Shown in pieces: positions 9,224 to 17,254 of a stretch of DNA of 64,000 nucleotides. Origin of the DNA: Eubacteriales bacterium (GTDB lineage Bacteria > Bacillota > Clostridia > Oscillospirales > UMGS1783); NCBI GenBank assembly GCA_045594545.1, contig JAZNYQ010000094.1, positions 2,796 to 66,795 of the forward strand, written 5' to 3'. Under the pieces are notes generated by a model, which worked only from the letters and a program-made list of their open reading frames with translations, was not told the origin of the DNA and searched no databases. Position 1 is the stretch's first letter, and each line of letters opens with the position of its first letter. The position numbers and the translations under genes were made by a program.

Positions 9224-9924
9224 TCCAGCAAAATCAGGATATAGAAAAACTATTGCAAAATCTTTCTGCCGACCCTATCGGTAATATCTATCCCGTTTCC
9301 TTTCTGCAGGGCTACCCGAAACAAGACGCCTTTTATCAATCCTTTTCCTGTAACGATAGCGTCCTTGTTCATACCGGCGGCACCGCATACCTGTCGGGAA
9401 CATTTGACCGAGAAGAATTAAATCCGTTCTTACAACTGCTCCATACACAGGAAATCATAACGCCGCACCCGCAAGGCAATAAGCATATTCTCGTCTATCG
9501 CGGCAATAAAAAAACAAGCACCGCCCGATACGCACAACCCGAGCAAATGCCCCATGTCTGGCAACTGCTGCGTGATCATTTTGATACTATACCAAGTTAT
9601 CATGATTTTCTGCAAGCCAAAACCAACCAACGCCTCTACTTGGGCGGGCACACAGGCGTAATCACCGTTGACGGAAATGTCGTTTCCACGGCCTCGATCC
9701 TTGTACAGAGCGATTGCTACGCCCTACTCGGCGCAGTAGCCACCCATCCCGATCACCGCAAATGCGGTCACGCCGCAAACGTTTTATATCTGCTGATCAA
9801 CCAACTGTTGGATAACAAGAAAACTCCCATAATTCTGTGCGACAACCCCGTCGCCATCCATTTATATCAAGGAATGGGATTTGAAGAATACGGAAAGATG
9901 ATGGTTCAACCCTATGTATTTTAA
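9220..9924 (+). CDS. GNAT-family acetyltransferase-like protein
   Basis: The C-terminal half is LLGAVATHPDHRKCGHAANVLYLLINQL...IHLYQGMGFEEYG, a GNAT acetyl-CoA binding pattern. The N-terminal ~140 aa are unassigned. The ATG overlaps the murD stop (ATGA at 9220-9223). Confidence 0.65.
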   Translation: MIQQNQDIEKLLQNLSADPIGNIYPVSFLQGYPKQDAFYQSFSCNDSVLVHTGGTAYLSGTFDREELNPFLQLLHTQEIITPHPQGNKHILVYRGNKKTSTARYAQPEQMPHVWQLLRDHFDTIPSYHDFLQAKTNQRLYLGGHTGVITVDGNVVSTASILVQSDCYALLGAVATHPDHRKCGHAANVLYLLINQLLDNKKTPIILCDNPVAIHLYQGMGFEEYGKMMVQPYVF

Positions 9925-11140
9925 TGAAACAATTACAAATCTGGCCAAACAAGCCGATGCGGCATTAACCGATGCCTATGCCGCCATCGATGCCGTTGCC
10001 GAACAAAACCAATTCCGCGTCATGAAAGCCTATCGCGACCATTACGTCAGCGAAAGTTGTTTTGCCGGCACCACGGGATATGGCTACAACGATAAAGGCC
10101 GTGATGTCTTCGAGGAGATCGTGGCCGATGTCTTCGGCACCGAAGCCGCACTTGCCCGCCACAATTTCGTGTCCGGCACTCACGCATTATCTACTGCCCT
10201 TTTTGCCGTTTTACGCCCCGGCGATACCTTTTACTATGTCACCGGCGCTCCCTACGATACTTTGGAACAGGTCATTGGCATCTCCGGTGAAGGAATGGGC
10301 TCCCTGAAAGAATTCGGCGTTACCTACGGCCAACTGGAACTGAATGCCGACGGCAAAATTGACTATCCTGCGCTGAAAAGCATTTTAACTTGTCAGCCAA
10401 AACTCATTTGTGCCCAGCGCTCTCGCGGTTACAGCACCCGTCTTCCTTTTTCGGTCGATGAATTGGACGAGCTCTACACCTTCGTCAAAGAACACAGCCC
10501 GAAAACGCTGGTCATGATCGACAATTGCTACGGTGAATTTGTAGAAGATCGGGAACCGAAAGCCGATATGCTGGTGGGTTCTTTCATTAAAAACCCGGGC
10601 GGCGGCATCGCCGATACCGGCGGCTATATTGCCGGCACACGCGCTTGCGTGGATCTGGCCGCCTATCGCATTACCACACCCGGCACCGGCGCCGAAGTTG
10701 GACCGTCCTTAGGGCAAACCCGCAAATTGATGCAAGGCTTCTTCCTAGCCCCCCATATCGTTGCTCAGGCTCTGAAAACAGTAACCTTTGCCGCTTGGCT
10801 CATGGAGCACTGCGGCTATGAGGTCTACCCCTCCCCCTACGCCAAACGCTTGGATATCGTGCAATCCATCGCTTTTCATGATAAAAATAAATTGATCAAA
10901 TTCTGCGAAGGCATTCAGGCAGGCAGTCCCGTAGATGCCTTTGCCCGTCCCGAGCCCTGCGATATGCCGGGTTACGAAGATCAAGTCATTATGGCGGCCG
11001 GCGCCTTCACGCAAGGCTCTTCTATCGAATTGTCTGCCGATGCTCCCCTGCGCGAGCCTTATATGTTGTATCTGCAGGGCGGTATTACCTTTGAAAGCGG
11101 TCGTTGGGGCATCCTGACTGCACTGGAAAAAATTATATAA
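9914..11140 (+). CDS. ynbB: PLP-dependent Met-gamma-lyase/cystathionine beta-lyase family protein (aluminium-resistance protein family, YnbB-like)
   Basis: 408 aa. GYGYNDKGRDVFEEIVADVFGTEAALARHNFVSGTHAL and IKNPGGGIADTGGY are typical of this family. It overlaps the upstream gene by 11 nt. Confidence 0.8.
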   Translation: MYFNETITNLAKQADAALTDAYAAIDAVAEQNQFRVMKAYRDHYVSESCFAGTTGYGYNDKGRDVFEEIVADVFGTEAALARHNFVSGTHALSTALFAVLRPGDTFYYVTGAPYDTLEQVIGISGEGMGSLKEFGVTYGQLELNADGKIDYPALKSILTCQPKLICAQRSRGYSTRLPFSVDELDELYTFVKEHSPKTLVMIDNCYGEFVEDREPKADMLVGSFIKNPGGGIADTGGYIAGTRACVDLAAYRITTPGTGAEVGPSLGQTRKLMQGFFLAPHIVAQALKTVTFAAWLMEHCGYEVYPSPYAKRLDIVQSIAFHDKNKLIKFCEGIQAGSPVDAFARPEPCDMPGYEDQVIMAAGAFTQGSSIELSADAPLREPYMLYLQGGITFESGRWGILTALEKII

Positions 11141-11167
11141 AAAGGAGAGGAAATTTCCTCTCCTTTT
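11140..11167. terminator. bidirectional terminator between the convergent ynbB-like and yabO genes
   Basis: AAAAGGAGAGGA (11140-11151) pairs with TCCTCTCCTTTT (11156-11167). Confidence 0.7.
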
Positions 11168-11411
11168 ATCCTTCTATGATGGTATACATATCCGCCGCAT
11201 CGGCTTTACCGGCATACTCATTGATGGCATCAACCTGTGCTTTCACGGTACGGTTCCCAAATGTAATCTCGATTATATCTCCAATCTTAACATCATAGGA
11301 AGCCTTTACCGGCCGCCCGTTTACCGCAATGCGCCCACCGTCACATGCCTCATTGGCAACCGTACGCCGCTTAATGATGCGGGACACCTTAAGAAATTTA
11401 TCTATTCTCAT
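11166..11411 (-). CDS. yabO: S4-domain RNA-binding protein (YabO/RqcP, Hsp15-like)
   Basis: MRIDKFLKVSRIIKRRTVANEACDGGRIAVNGRPVKASYDVKIGDIIEI is an S4 fold. It is in synteny with mazG, as in Bacillus. Confidence 0.85.
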   Translation of the reverse strand: MRIDKFLKVSRIIKRRTVANEACDGGRIAVNGRPVKASYDVKIGDIIEITFGNRTVKAQVDAINEYAGKADAADMYTIIEG

Positions 11412-11423
11412 ACATTCTCCATG

Positions 11424-11452
11424 AAAAAAGAAGCGGTCAGATAGACCGCTTC
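11424..11452 (-). terminator. rho-independent terminator after hup
   Basis: The minus strand reads GAAGCGGTC-TATCT-GACCGCTTC followed by TTTTTTC. Confidence 0.7.
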
Positions 11453-11468
11453 CTTCTTACCTGTGCAC

Positions 11469-11738
11469 TTAGATGGACTCTTTGAACTGCTTGCCGGCCT
11501 TGAAAGCGGGAGCCTTGGAAGCCGGAATGTTGATGGTCTCTTTGGTCTTAGGATTGCGACCAACGCGAGCATTTCTGTGCTTAACTTCGAAAGAACCAAA
11601 GCCAACGATGGAAACCTTGTCGCCCTTCTTGAGAGCCTCGGTAACCTGGTTAACAAAAGCGTTAACGGCCAGTTCGGAATCTTTCTTGGTCAGACCAGTT
11701 TCGGCAGCAACGGCTGCAATGAGTTCGGTTTTGTTCAT
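11469..11738 (-). CDS. hup: DNA-binding protein HU
   Basis: MNKTELIAAVAAETGLTKKD...GFGSFEVKHRNARVGRNPKTKETINIPASKAPAFKAGK. The start is the ATG at 11738, after GGAGGA. Confidence 0.95.
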   Translation of the reverse strand: MNKTELIAAVAAETGLTKKDSELAVNAFVNQVTEALKKGDKVSIVGFGSFEVKHRNARVGRNPKTKETINIPASKAPAFKAGKQFKESI

Positions 11739-11801
11739 GGTAATATCCTCCATTAAAATAATTATTTAGCTTATCGAAAGGAATCCCTTTCGTTATGCGC
11801 A

Positions 11802-12617
11802 TTATTGTTCCTTTACGGCATCCCAGTACTTGTCCAATTCCGCCAAAGGAAGATCAGCCATATTCTTTCCGTCAGCCTCAACACGCTGTTCAACCTGCGT
11901 GAATCGACCAATAAATTTATCCGTAGCAAAACTGAGCGCCTCTTCGGCATCAATACCGCATTTGCGAATGACATTGACTGCCGCAAACAACAGATCCCCC
12001 GCCTCTTCCAAAGAAGACTGCTTGTCCTGCTGAGCGACCGCGGCAAATAATTCGTCGCGCTCTTCGGTAAGTTTTTCAGCGGCTTCCTGTGCCGTATCCC
12101 AGTCAAATCCGACTTTCGCGGCTCGCCCCTGTACTTTTTGCGCTCTCATCAAAGCAGGCATACCACGAAACACATGATTCATAATACCCGACGCCGTGGC
12201 CTTTTGGCCTTTTTTTGCCTTCTCTGCCTGTTTGATCTGATCCCAGTTCTCCAATACCTGATCACTGGTATCTGCCTTGACATCAGCAAAAATATGCGGA
12301 TGCCGACGAATCAGTTTCTTACATATACCGTCCGATACATCATCCAGATCAAACCGACCGTCTTCCTGCGCAATCTGAGCATGAAATACCACCTGCAACA
12401 ACAGATCGCCCAGTTCCTCGCATAAGATCTCATCATCGTTCTGATCGATGCCCTCACAGACCTCATACGCTTCCTCAATCAGGTTCTTACGGATCGATTG
12501 ATGGGTCTGTTCCCGATCCCACGGACAACCGCCCGGCGCCCGCAAGATCGACATAATGGTCAATAAATCATCGAATCGATATTTTTCCTTTATTTCCAAG
12601 ACTTTCTTCTCTTCCAT
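11802..12617 (-). CDS. mazG: nucleoside triphosphate pyrophosphohydrolase MazG (YabN-like, tandem MazG domains)
   Basis: GCPWDREQTHQSIRKNLIEEAYEV...EELGDLLLQVVFH plus a second EEAGDLLFAAVN repeat. Confidence 0.9.
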   Translation of the reverse strand: MEEKKVLEIKEKYRFDDLLTIMSILRAPGGCPWDREQTHQSIRKNLIEEAYEVCEGIDQNDDEILCEELGDLLLQVVFHAQIAQEDGRFDLDDVSDGICKKLIRRHPHIFADVKADTSDQVLENWDQIKQAEKAKKGQKATASGIMNHVFRGMPALMRAQKVQGRAAKVGFDWDTAQEAAEKLTEERDELFAAVAQQDKQSSLEEAGDLLFAAVNVIRKCGIDAEEALSFATDKFIGRFTQVEQRVEADGKNMADLPLAELDKYWDAVKEQ

Positions 12618-12618
12618 T

Positions 12619-14262
12619 TTACCCTATCCAGTTCCTTTTTTCAAGTATTTTCTCAATTTTTTTTGCTTTCGGAAGAAATTCTATATCTTCTCTCTTGATC
12701 GTCTTGCTAAACAGAATAAATCCAACGTATACAACGGCCGCCAAACCGATCGCCGCAATCGTCGCAATACTATCACTGATCACCATCGCCAGCAAGGTGT
12801 AACTCCCCCACGCCACGGCACCGCACAGAATGCCGCCGAACAAAGGCTTGAGATACACCGATTTAATATCCGCCTTGGTCTTTGTAATCCGCCGTAAGGC
12901 AATGAAATCCAAAACAAACAATACGACATATAAGACAATGTTGCTGATAGCCGCACCGTCAATCCCAACATCAGGAATGGCCACCAAAATATAATTGCAG
13001 ATAATTTTAATAACACTGGCAATCAAAATATTCACTACAGGAACCATTGCCTTGCCAACCGCCTGCAACAACGGAGTACATACAGCTGCACAACACATAA
13101 AGAAGAATGCAATACCAAGATAAGCCAAAGGCTTGGTGGCAATAGCAATATCGGTAGGCGAACTGTAAAGCAAATCCAAAATCGGACCGGCCAATACCGT
13201 CATGCCAAACGAACAGGGTATGGCAATCAAGGTGCAAAGTTTAATCGCCGTATTGATGGTATTATTTAACCGATCTCTCTGTCTAAGCGCAAAGGCGGCA
13301 GAAATGGCAGGCAGAACCGAAACACCGATCGAGATAATGATAGTGGCAGGCATGTTAAACACCGTCTGCGACATGGAAGAATAGGCGCCATATAAGGTAT
13401 TAGCCACCTCCGTCGTCACCCCGGGAATCTCCGTTAAACGCCGCATAACAATCGCCAAATCAATGGTACTGGCCAAATTACTGGTTAAAGAGCCCACCGT
13501 AACGGGAACGGCAATCCAAATAAATTTTTTAAGTACAGACTGAAACCGTGTCGGCGGCGGCGTAAGATCTGTTATAGGATAGATCTTTTCCATCTTCTGC
13601 TTGTAAAAATGCTTAGAGATCATTAAGTAAATCATGGAAAGCAGAGCACCCAGTGACACACCGCCTACAGCTCCGGCCATAACCAGCGGCATATCGTAAC
13701 CCATTTCCATCATAACATAGGCTCCGCCCAATCCGAAAATCAACTTGGAAAGCACCTCAATGATATTGGATATAGCCGAAGGCACCATGTTGGAGTATCC
13801 TTGCGCATACCCCTTATAAACGGACAACACCGTCACAAACAAGATGGCCGGCGACATGACCCGACATGCCGGTGCCGCCATCGGATTGTTGAGCCATACA
13901 GCAATGTCTTCAGCAAAAATCAGGAATAAGAACGAGCATACCAGACCAACCATAACCAAAGTCACATTGGCCGCCTTGATTACACTCTTTACATCCCGAT
14001 GCTGTCCCAACGCCACATATTCCGAAATACATTTGGCAACCGCAACCGACAATCCTACACTGGAAATATTGATTAACAGACTGTAAACCGTATATGCCGT
14101 ATTGAAATAGGACATCGCCTGCGCACCAACCAGATTGGTGATCGGTATTTTAAAGCAGGCACTGATGACCTTCACCAAAACACCGGCCACTGCAAGAATG
14201 GCCGCGCCGGTGATGAAATTTTGTCCGCTTCGATTATTGACGGTTTTCTCTTGAGTTGACAA
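12619..14262 (-). CDS. MOP-superfamily polysaccharide/lipid II flippase (SpoVB/YabM/MurJ-like)
   Basis: 547 aa with about 14 hydrophobic segments. The N-terminus is NFITGAAILAVAGVLVKVISACFKIPITNLVG. The start is TTG. It lies directly upstream of mazG, as yabM does in Bacillus. Confidence 0.8.
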   Translation of the reverse strand: MSTQEKTVNNRSGQNFITGAAILAVAGVLVKVISACFKIPITNLVGAQAMSYFNTAYTVYSLLINISSVGLSVAVAKCISEYVALGQHRDVKSVIKAANVTLVMVGLVCSFLFLIFAEDIAVWLNNPMAAPACRVMSPAILFVTVLSVYKGYAQGYSNMVPSAISNIIEVLSKLIFGLGGAYVMMEMGYDMPLVMAGAVGGVSLGALLSMIYLMISKHFYKQKMEKIYPITDLTPPPTRFQSVLKKFIWIAVPVTVGSLTSNLASTIDLAIVMRRLTEIPGVTTEVANTLYGAYSSMSQTVFNMPATIIISIGVSVLPAISAAFALRQRDRLNNTINTAIKLCTLIAIPCSFGMTVLAGPILDLLYSSPTDIAIATKPLAYLGIAFFFMCCAAVCTPLLQAVGKAMVPVVNILIASVIKIICNYILVAIPDVGIDGAAISNIVLYVVLFVLDFIALRRITKTKADIKSVYLKPLFGGILCGAVAWGSYTLLAMVISDSIATIAAIGLAAVVYVGFILFSKTIKREDIEFLPKAKKIEKILEKRNWIG

Positions 14263-14287
14263 TCATCACACAACCTTTCATCATTCT

Positions 14288-14316
14288 ATTATACTCTTTT
14301 ATGAGAACATTTACAA
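14288..14316 (-). promoter_or_regulatory. promoter of the flippase-mazG operon
   Basis: On the minus strand: TTGTAA (14316-14311), 17 nt, TATAAT (14293-14288). Confidence 0.5.
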
Positions 14317-14387
14317 GATTGTATTTACTTTTTCCCGCATTTGCGGTAAACTTTATATATCATTCTACGCCATAAAGGAGTATAATC

Positions 14388-15020
14388 ATGACAACAAATC
14401 GTATCGGCATCGTTTTTGCCATGCAGGAAGAGGCCGCTCCCCTGCTCGAGAAATTCCAATTAACCGAATATACCGAAAATTATCTGGGCGCACGCTTCTA
14501 TCAAAACGAACGTGTTGTGATCGGTGTCGGCGATGTCGGCTCACTGGCAGCCGCTTTATGTACCGCCACTTTGATTCGCGAATTCGGATGCACAACCATA
14601 TACAATACCGGCTCTTGCGGCTCTACCGGCCCTAAACTCCCCGTCGGCACCATTGTTTCCATCACTAAGGTTTATAAAGGAGATGTGGATTTAACCGTTG
14701 CCGGCTACCAACCTTATGAACTGCCCCGCACCCCGATTTATTTGGATCTGCCGCATGATCCCGACTTCCCCGCCGCCACCGCTCGTAGCACCGACCGTTT
14801 TATCGGCGCCGGAGATGCGGTCGAACCAAATATGGCCGTCGAGATGGAAGCCTTTGCTGTCGCCTATACCTGCCGCCGCCTTGGCGCCAAATGTCACATT
14901 TACAAGGTGATTAGTGACATGACTGATAAAAACACCGATTCATCTCAATTTGACGGAAATTTGGCCGATGTGTCGGCAAGTTTGGCCGAATATGTGTATA
15001 AAATCATTCAAAACCAGTAA
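14388..15020 (+). CDS. MTA/SAH nucleosidase family (PNP_UDP_1) protein
   Basis: IGIVFAMQEEAAPLL, NTGSCGS and AVEMEAFAVAYTC follow the Pfs/MtnN pattern. The exact substrate is not determinable. Confidence 0.7.
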   Translation: MTTNRIGIVFAMQEEAAPLLEKFQLTEYTENYLGARFYQNERVVIGVGDVGSLAAALCTATLIREFGCTTIYNTGSCGSTGPKLPVGTIVSITKVYKGDVDLTVAGYQPYELPRTPIYLDLPHDPDFPAATARSTDRFIGAGDAVEPNMAVEMEAFAVAYTCRRLGAKCHIYKVISDMTDKNTDSSQFDGNLADVSASLAEYVYKIIQNQ

Positions 15021-15021
15021 G

Positions 15022-15048
15022 AAAAAGAGGGCTTTCCCCTCTTTTTTT
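15022..15048 (+). terminator. rho-independent terminator
   Basis: AAGAGGG-CTTTC-CCCTCTT followed by TTTTTT. Confidence 0.7.
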
Positions 15049-15089
15049 GTGTAAAAATTGGCAAAAAGGTTTATAATACTGCGGGTGAT

Positions 15090-15764
15090 ATGATGTTTTC
15101 CATACTGTTTCGTACCGTTATTATGTATCTTTTTGTTATGCTGATGATGCGCCTGACCGGAAAAAGGCAGATCGGTCAACTGCAGATCGGCGAACTGGTG
15201 GTAACCTTTTTGATTTCCGAATTGGCTTCATGGCCCATTCAGGAACCCGACACACCAATATGGTATGCCCTCATGAGCATTGCCGCGCTTGTTCTGCTGG
15301 AGATCGGATTTTCTCTGCTCTCTCTCAAATCTTTGCGCCTGCGCAAAATCATTGAGGGGCGCCCCAGCGTTTTGATCGAAGACGGGAAGATCATTCAAAA
15401 AGAAATGAAGAAAAACCGATTCTCGATAGACGACTTAATTGAAAATCTAAGACAGGGCGGCGCTTTATCTGTCGATGAAGTGGAAACAGCCATACTGGAA
15501 ACCAACGGCCGCCTGTCCATCTTTCTGAAAAAAGAAGAATGCGCTCCTATCGCCAAAGATCTGAAAATGAAAGTTCCCAAACAACCTCTGCCCTATACCG
15601 TCATTTCCGATGGGCGCCTACTGGGCATGAACATGGACCGCATTGGTGTGTCCGAAAAACAACTGCTTAGAATCTTGCGCAAGCACGGGTACAAAGACCG
15701 TCATAAAATCTTTTACATGTCGCTGACACGGGATCAAACCCCCATCATCATAGAAAAGGAATGA
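15090..15764 (+). CDS. DUF421 (YetF-like) membrane protein
   Basis: MRLTGKRQIGQLQIGELVVTFLISELAS plus a C-terminal soluble domain, the family pattern of YetF/YdfS. Confidence 0.75.
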   Translation: MMFSILFRTVIMYLFVMLMMRLTGKRQIGQLQIGELVVTFLISELASWPIQEPDTPIWYALMSIAALVLLEIGFSLLSLKSLRLRKIIEGRPSVLIEDGKIIQKEMKKNRFSIDDLIENLRQGGALSVDEVETAILETNGRLSIFLKKEECAPIAKDLKMKVPKQPLPYTVISDGRLLGMNMDRIGVSEKQLLRILRKHGYKDRHKIFYMSLTRDQTPIIIEKE

Positions 15765-15788
15765 GGAAAACTCCTCATTCCTTTTTTT
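15756..15788. terminator. bidirectional terminator between convergent genes
   Basis: AAGGAATGAGG (15756-15766) pairs with CCTCATTCCTT (15773-15783). A T-run follows on the plus strand and TTTTC on the minus strand. Confidence 0.7.
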
Positions 15789-17154
15789 AGAACATGGTAA
15801 TGATACCCCAAACCCAGAAAAACAGCAAAATAACAGGCATTACATATTTGCAATAGATTCCAATTCGGTATGGCAATTTCAAACCCTTTCCTTGATTGGC
15901 TTCTTCGATAAAGTTTTTCCATCCCCAACCGCTCTTGCTGTTGGTACAGAACAACACATACACCAGCGAGCCGAGAGGTAGGATATTATTGGAAATGATG
16001 AAATCTTCAAAGTCAAGAATGGTACTGCCTGCTCCCAACGGCTGAATGCCCGACAGCAAATTAAAACCCAGTGCACAAGGCAAAGCCAGCACAATTAAAG
16101 CAACTGCATTGATCCAGCAGGATTTCTTACGACTCCAACCCCGTAGTTCCATACCAAAAGAGAGAATATTTTCAAACACGGCAACCACGGTAGACAAGGC
16201 CGCCGCGATCATAAACAAGAAAAATAAACTACCCCAAATACGCCCACCGGGCATATGGTTAAAGACCACAGGCAAGGTTTGAAAAATCAAACCGGGTCCC
16301 TGTCCCGCCGGAATATCATAGGCATAGCAAGCAGGAATAATGATCAGTCCTGCACAAAAGGCCACAAAGGTATCCAACAGCGAAATGGAAAGGGACTCCC
16401 CAAACAAGCGGCGGTCTTTCTTAATATAACTGCCGAATATCGTCATAGCGCCCATGCCGATAGAAAGGGTGAAAAAGGCCTGTCCCATGGCGGCAAAGAT
16501 GGCTTCGCCCAACCCTTGCTCGGCCATGCGCTTAAAATCGGGCACCAAATAATAACGCAAGCCCTCACTTGCACCGGGTAACAGAATCGAGTTCACAGCC
16601 AGCACACCGATAATAGCAAACAACGCCACCATCATCACCTTGGTAATCTTCTCTACTCCCTTTTGCAAGCCTAAAGAGCAAATTAAAATACCAATCAGCA
16701 CAACAACAACCATAAACCCAACCATTGCCCATGGATTGCCGACAACCGTTCCAAACGAGTTTTGCACCATTTCCGATGATTGTCCGACGAAATCGCCACG
16801 CAACATCTTAATAAAATAGATGAACATCCAGCCGGTTACGGTGGTATAGAACATCATAAGCAGATAATTACCTGCCATACCTAACCAACGAAACCAATGC
16901 CATTTAGAACCTGCTTTTTCTAATTTAACAAAGGCATTAGCGATCCCCGAACCACTGGCCCGACCGACGGCAAATTCCATGGTCATGATCGGCAAACCAA
17001 AGATCACCAAAAACGCTAAATAAATTAAAATAAAGGCGGCACCGCCATACTGCCCGACAATATACGGAAACCGCCATACATTACCAAGCCCGATGGCGCA
17101 ACCGGCCGATATTAAAATAAACCCCAAACGACTACCGAATTTTTCTCTTTCCAT
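15787..17154 (-). CDS. sodium-dependent neurotransmitter:sodium symporter (SNF/NSS) family transporter
   Basis: SAGCAIGLGNVWRFPY is the NSS signature, and the protein is polytopic. The start is the ATG at 17154 (MEREKFGSRLGF), after TAGGAGAA. Confidence 0.9.
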   Translation of the reverse strand: MEREKFGSRLGFILISAGCAIGLGNVWRFPYIVGQYGGAAFILIYLAFLVIFGLPIMTMEFAVGRASGSGIANAFVKLEKAGSKWHWFRWLGMAGNYLLMMFYTTVTGWMFIYFIKMLRGDFVGQSSEMVQNSFGTVVGNPWAMVGFMVVVVLIGILICSLGLQKGVEKITKVMMVALFAIIGVLAVNSILLPGASEGLRYYLVPDFKRMAEQGLGEAIFAAMGQAFFTLSIGMGAMTIFGSYIKKDRRLFGESLSISLLDTFVAFCAGLIIIPACYAYDIPAGQGPGLIFQTLPVVFNHMPGGRIWGSLFFLFMIAAALSTVVAVFENILSFGMELRGWSRKKSCWINAVALIVLALPCALGFNLLSGIQPLGAGSTILDFEDFIISNNILPLGSLVYVLFCTNSKSGWGWKNFIEEANQGKGLKLPYRIGIYCKYVMPVILLFFWVWGIITMF

Positions 17155-17189
17155 TTCTGTTCTCCTACCGGTAAAATACAAACAACAAT

Positions 17190-17218
17190 ACTGTAACAAA
17201 TTTTTCCCCGTTCGTCAA
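17190..17218 (-). promoter_or_regulatory. promoter of the NSS transporter gene
   Basis: On the minus strand: TTGACG (17218-17213), 17 nt, TACAGT (17195-17190). Confidence 0.5.
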
Positions 17219-17219
17219 G

Positions 17220-17247
17220 AAAAATGCCCCTCCGAAATCGGAGGGGC
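17220..17247 (-). terminator. rho-independent terminator ending the hydrogenase operon
   Basis: GCCCCTCCG (17226-17234) pairs with CGGAGGGGC (17239-17247). On the minus strand it is followed by ATTTTTC. Confidence 0.75.
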
Positions 17248-17254
17248 GATTCTC

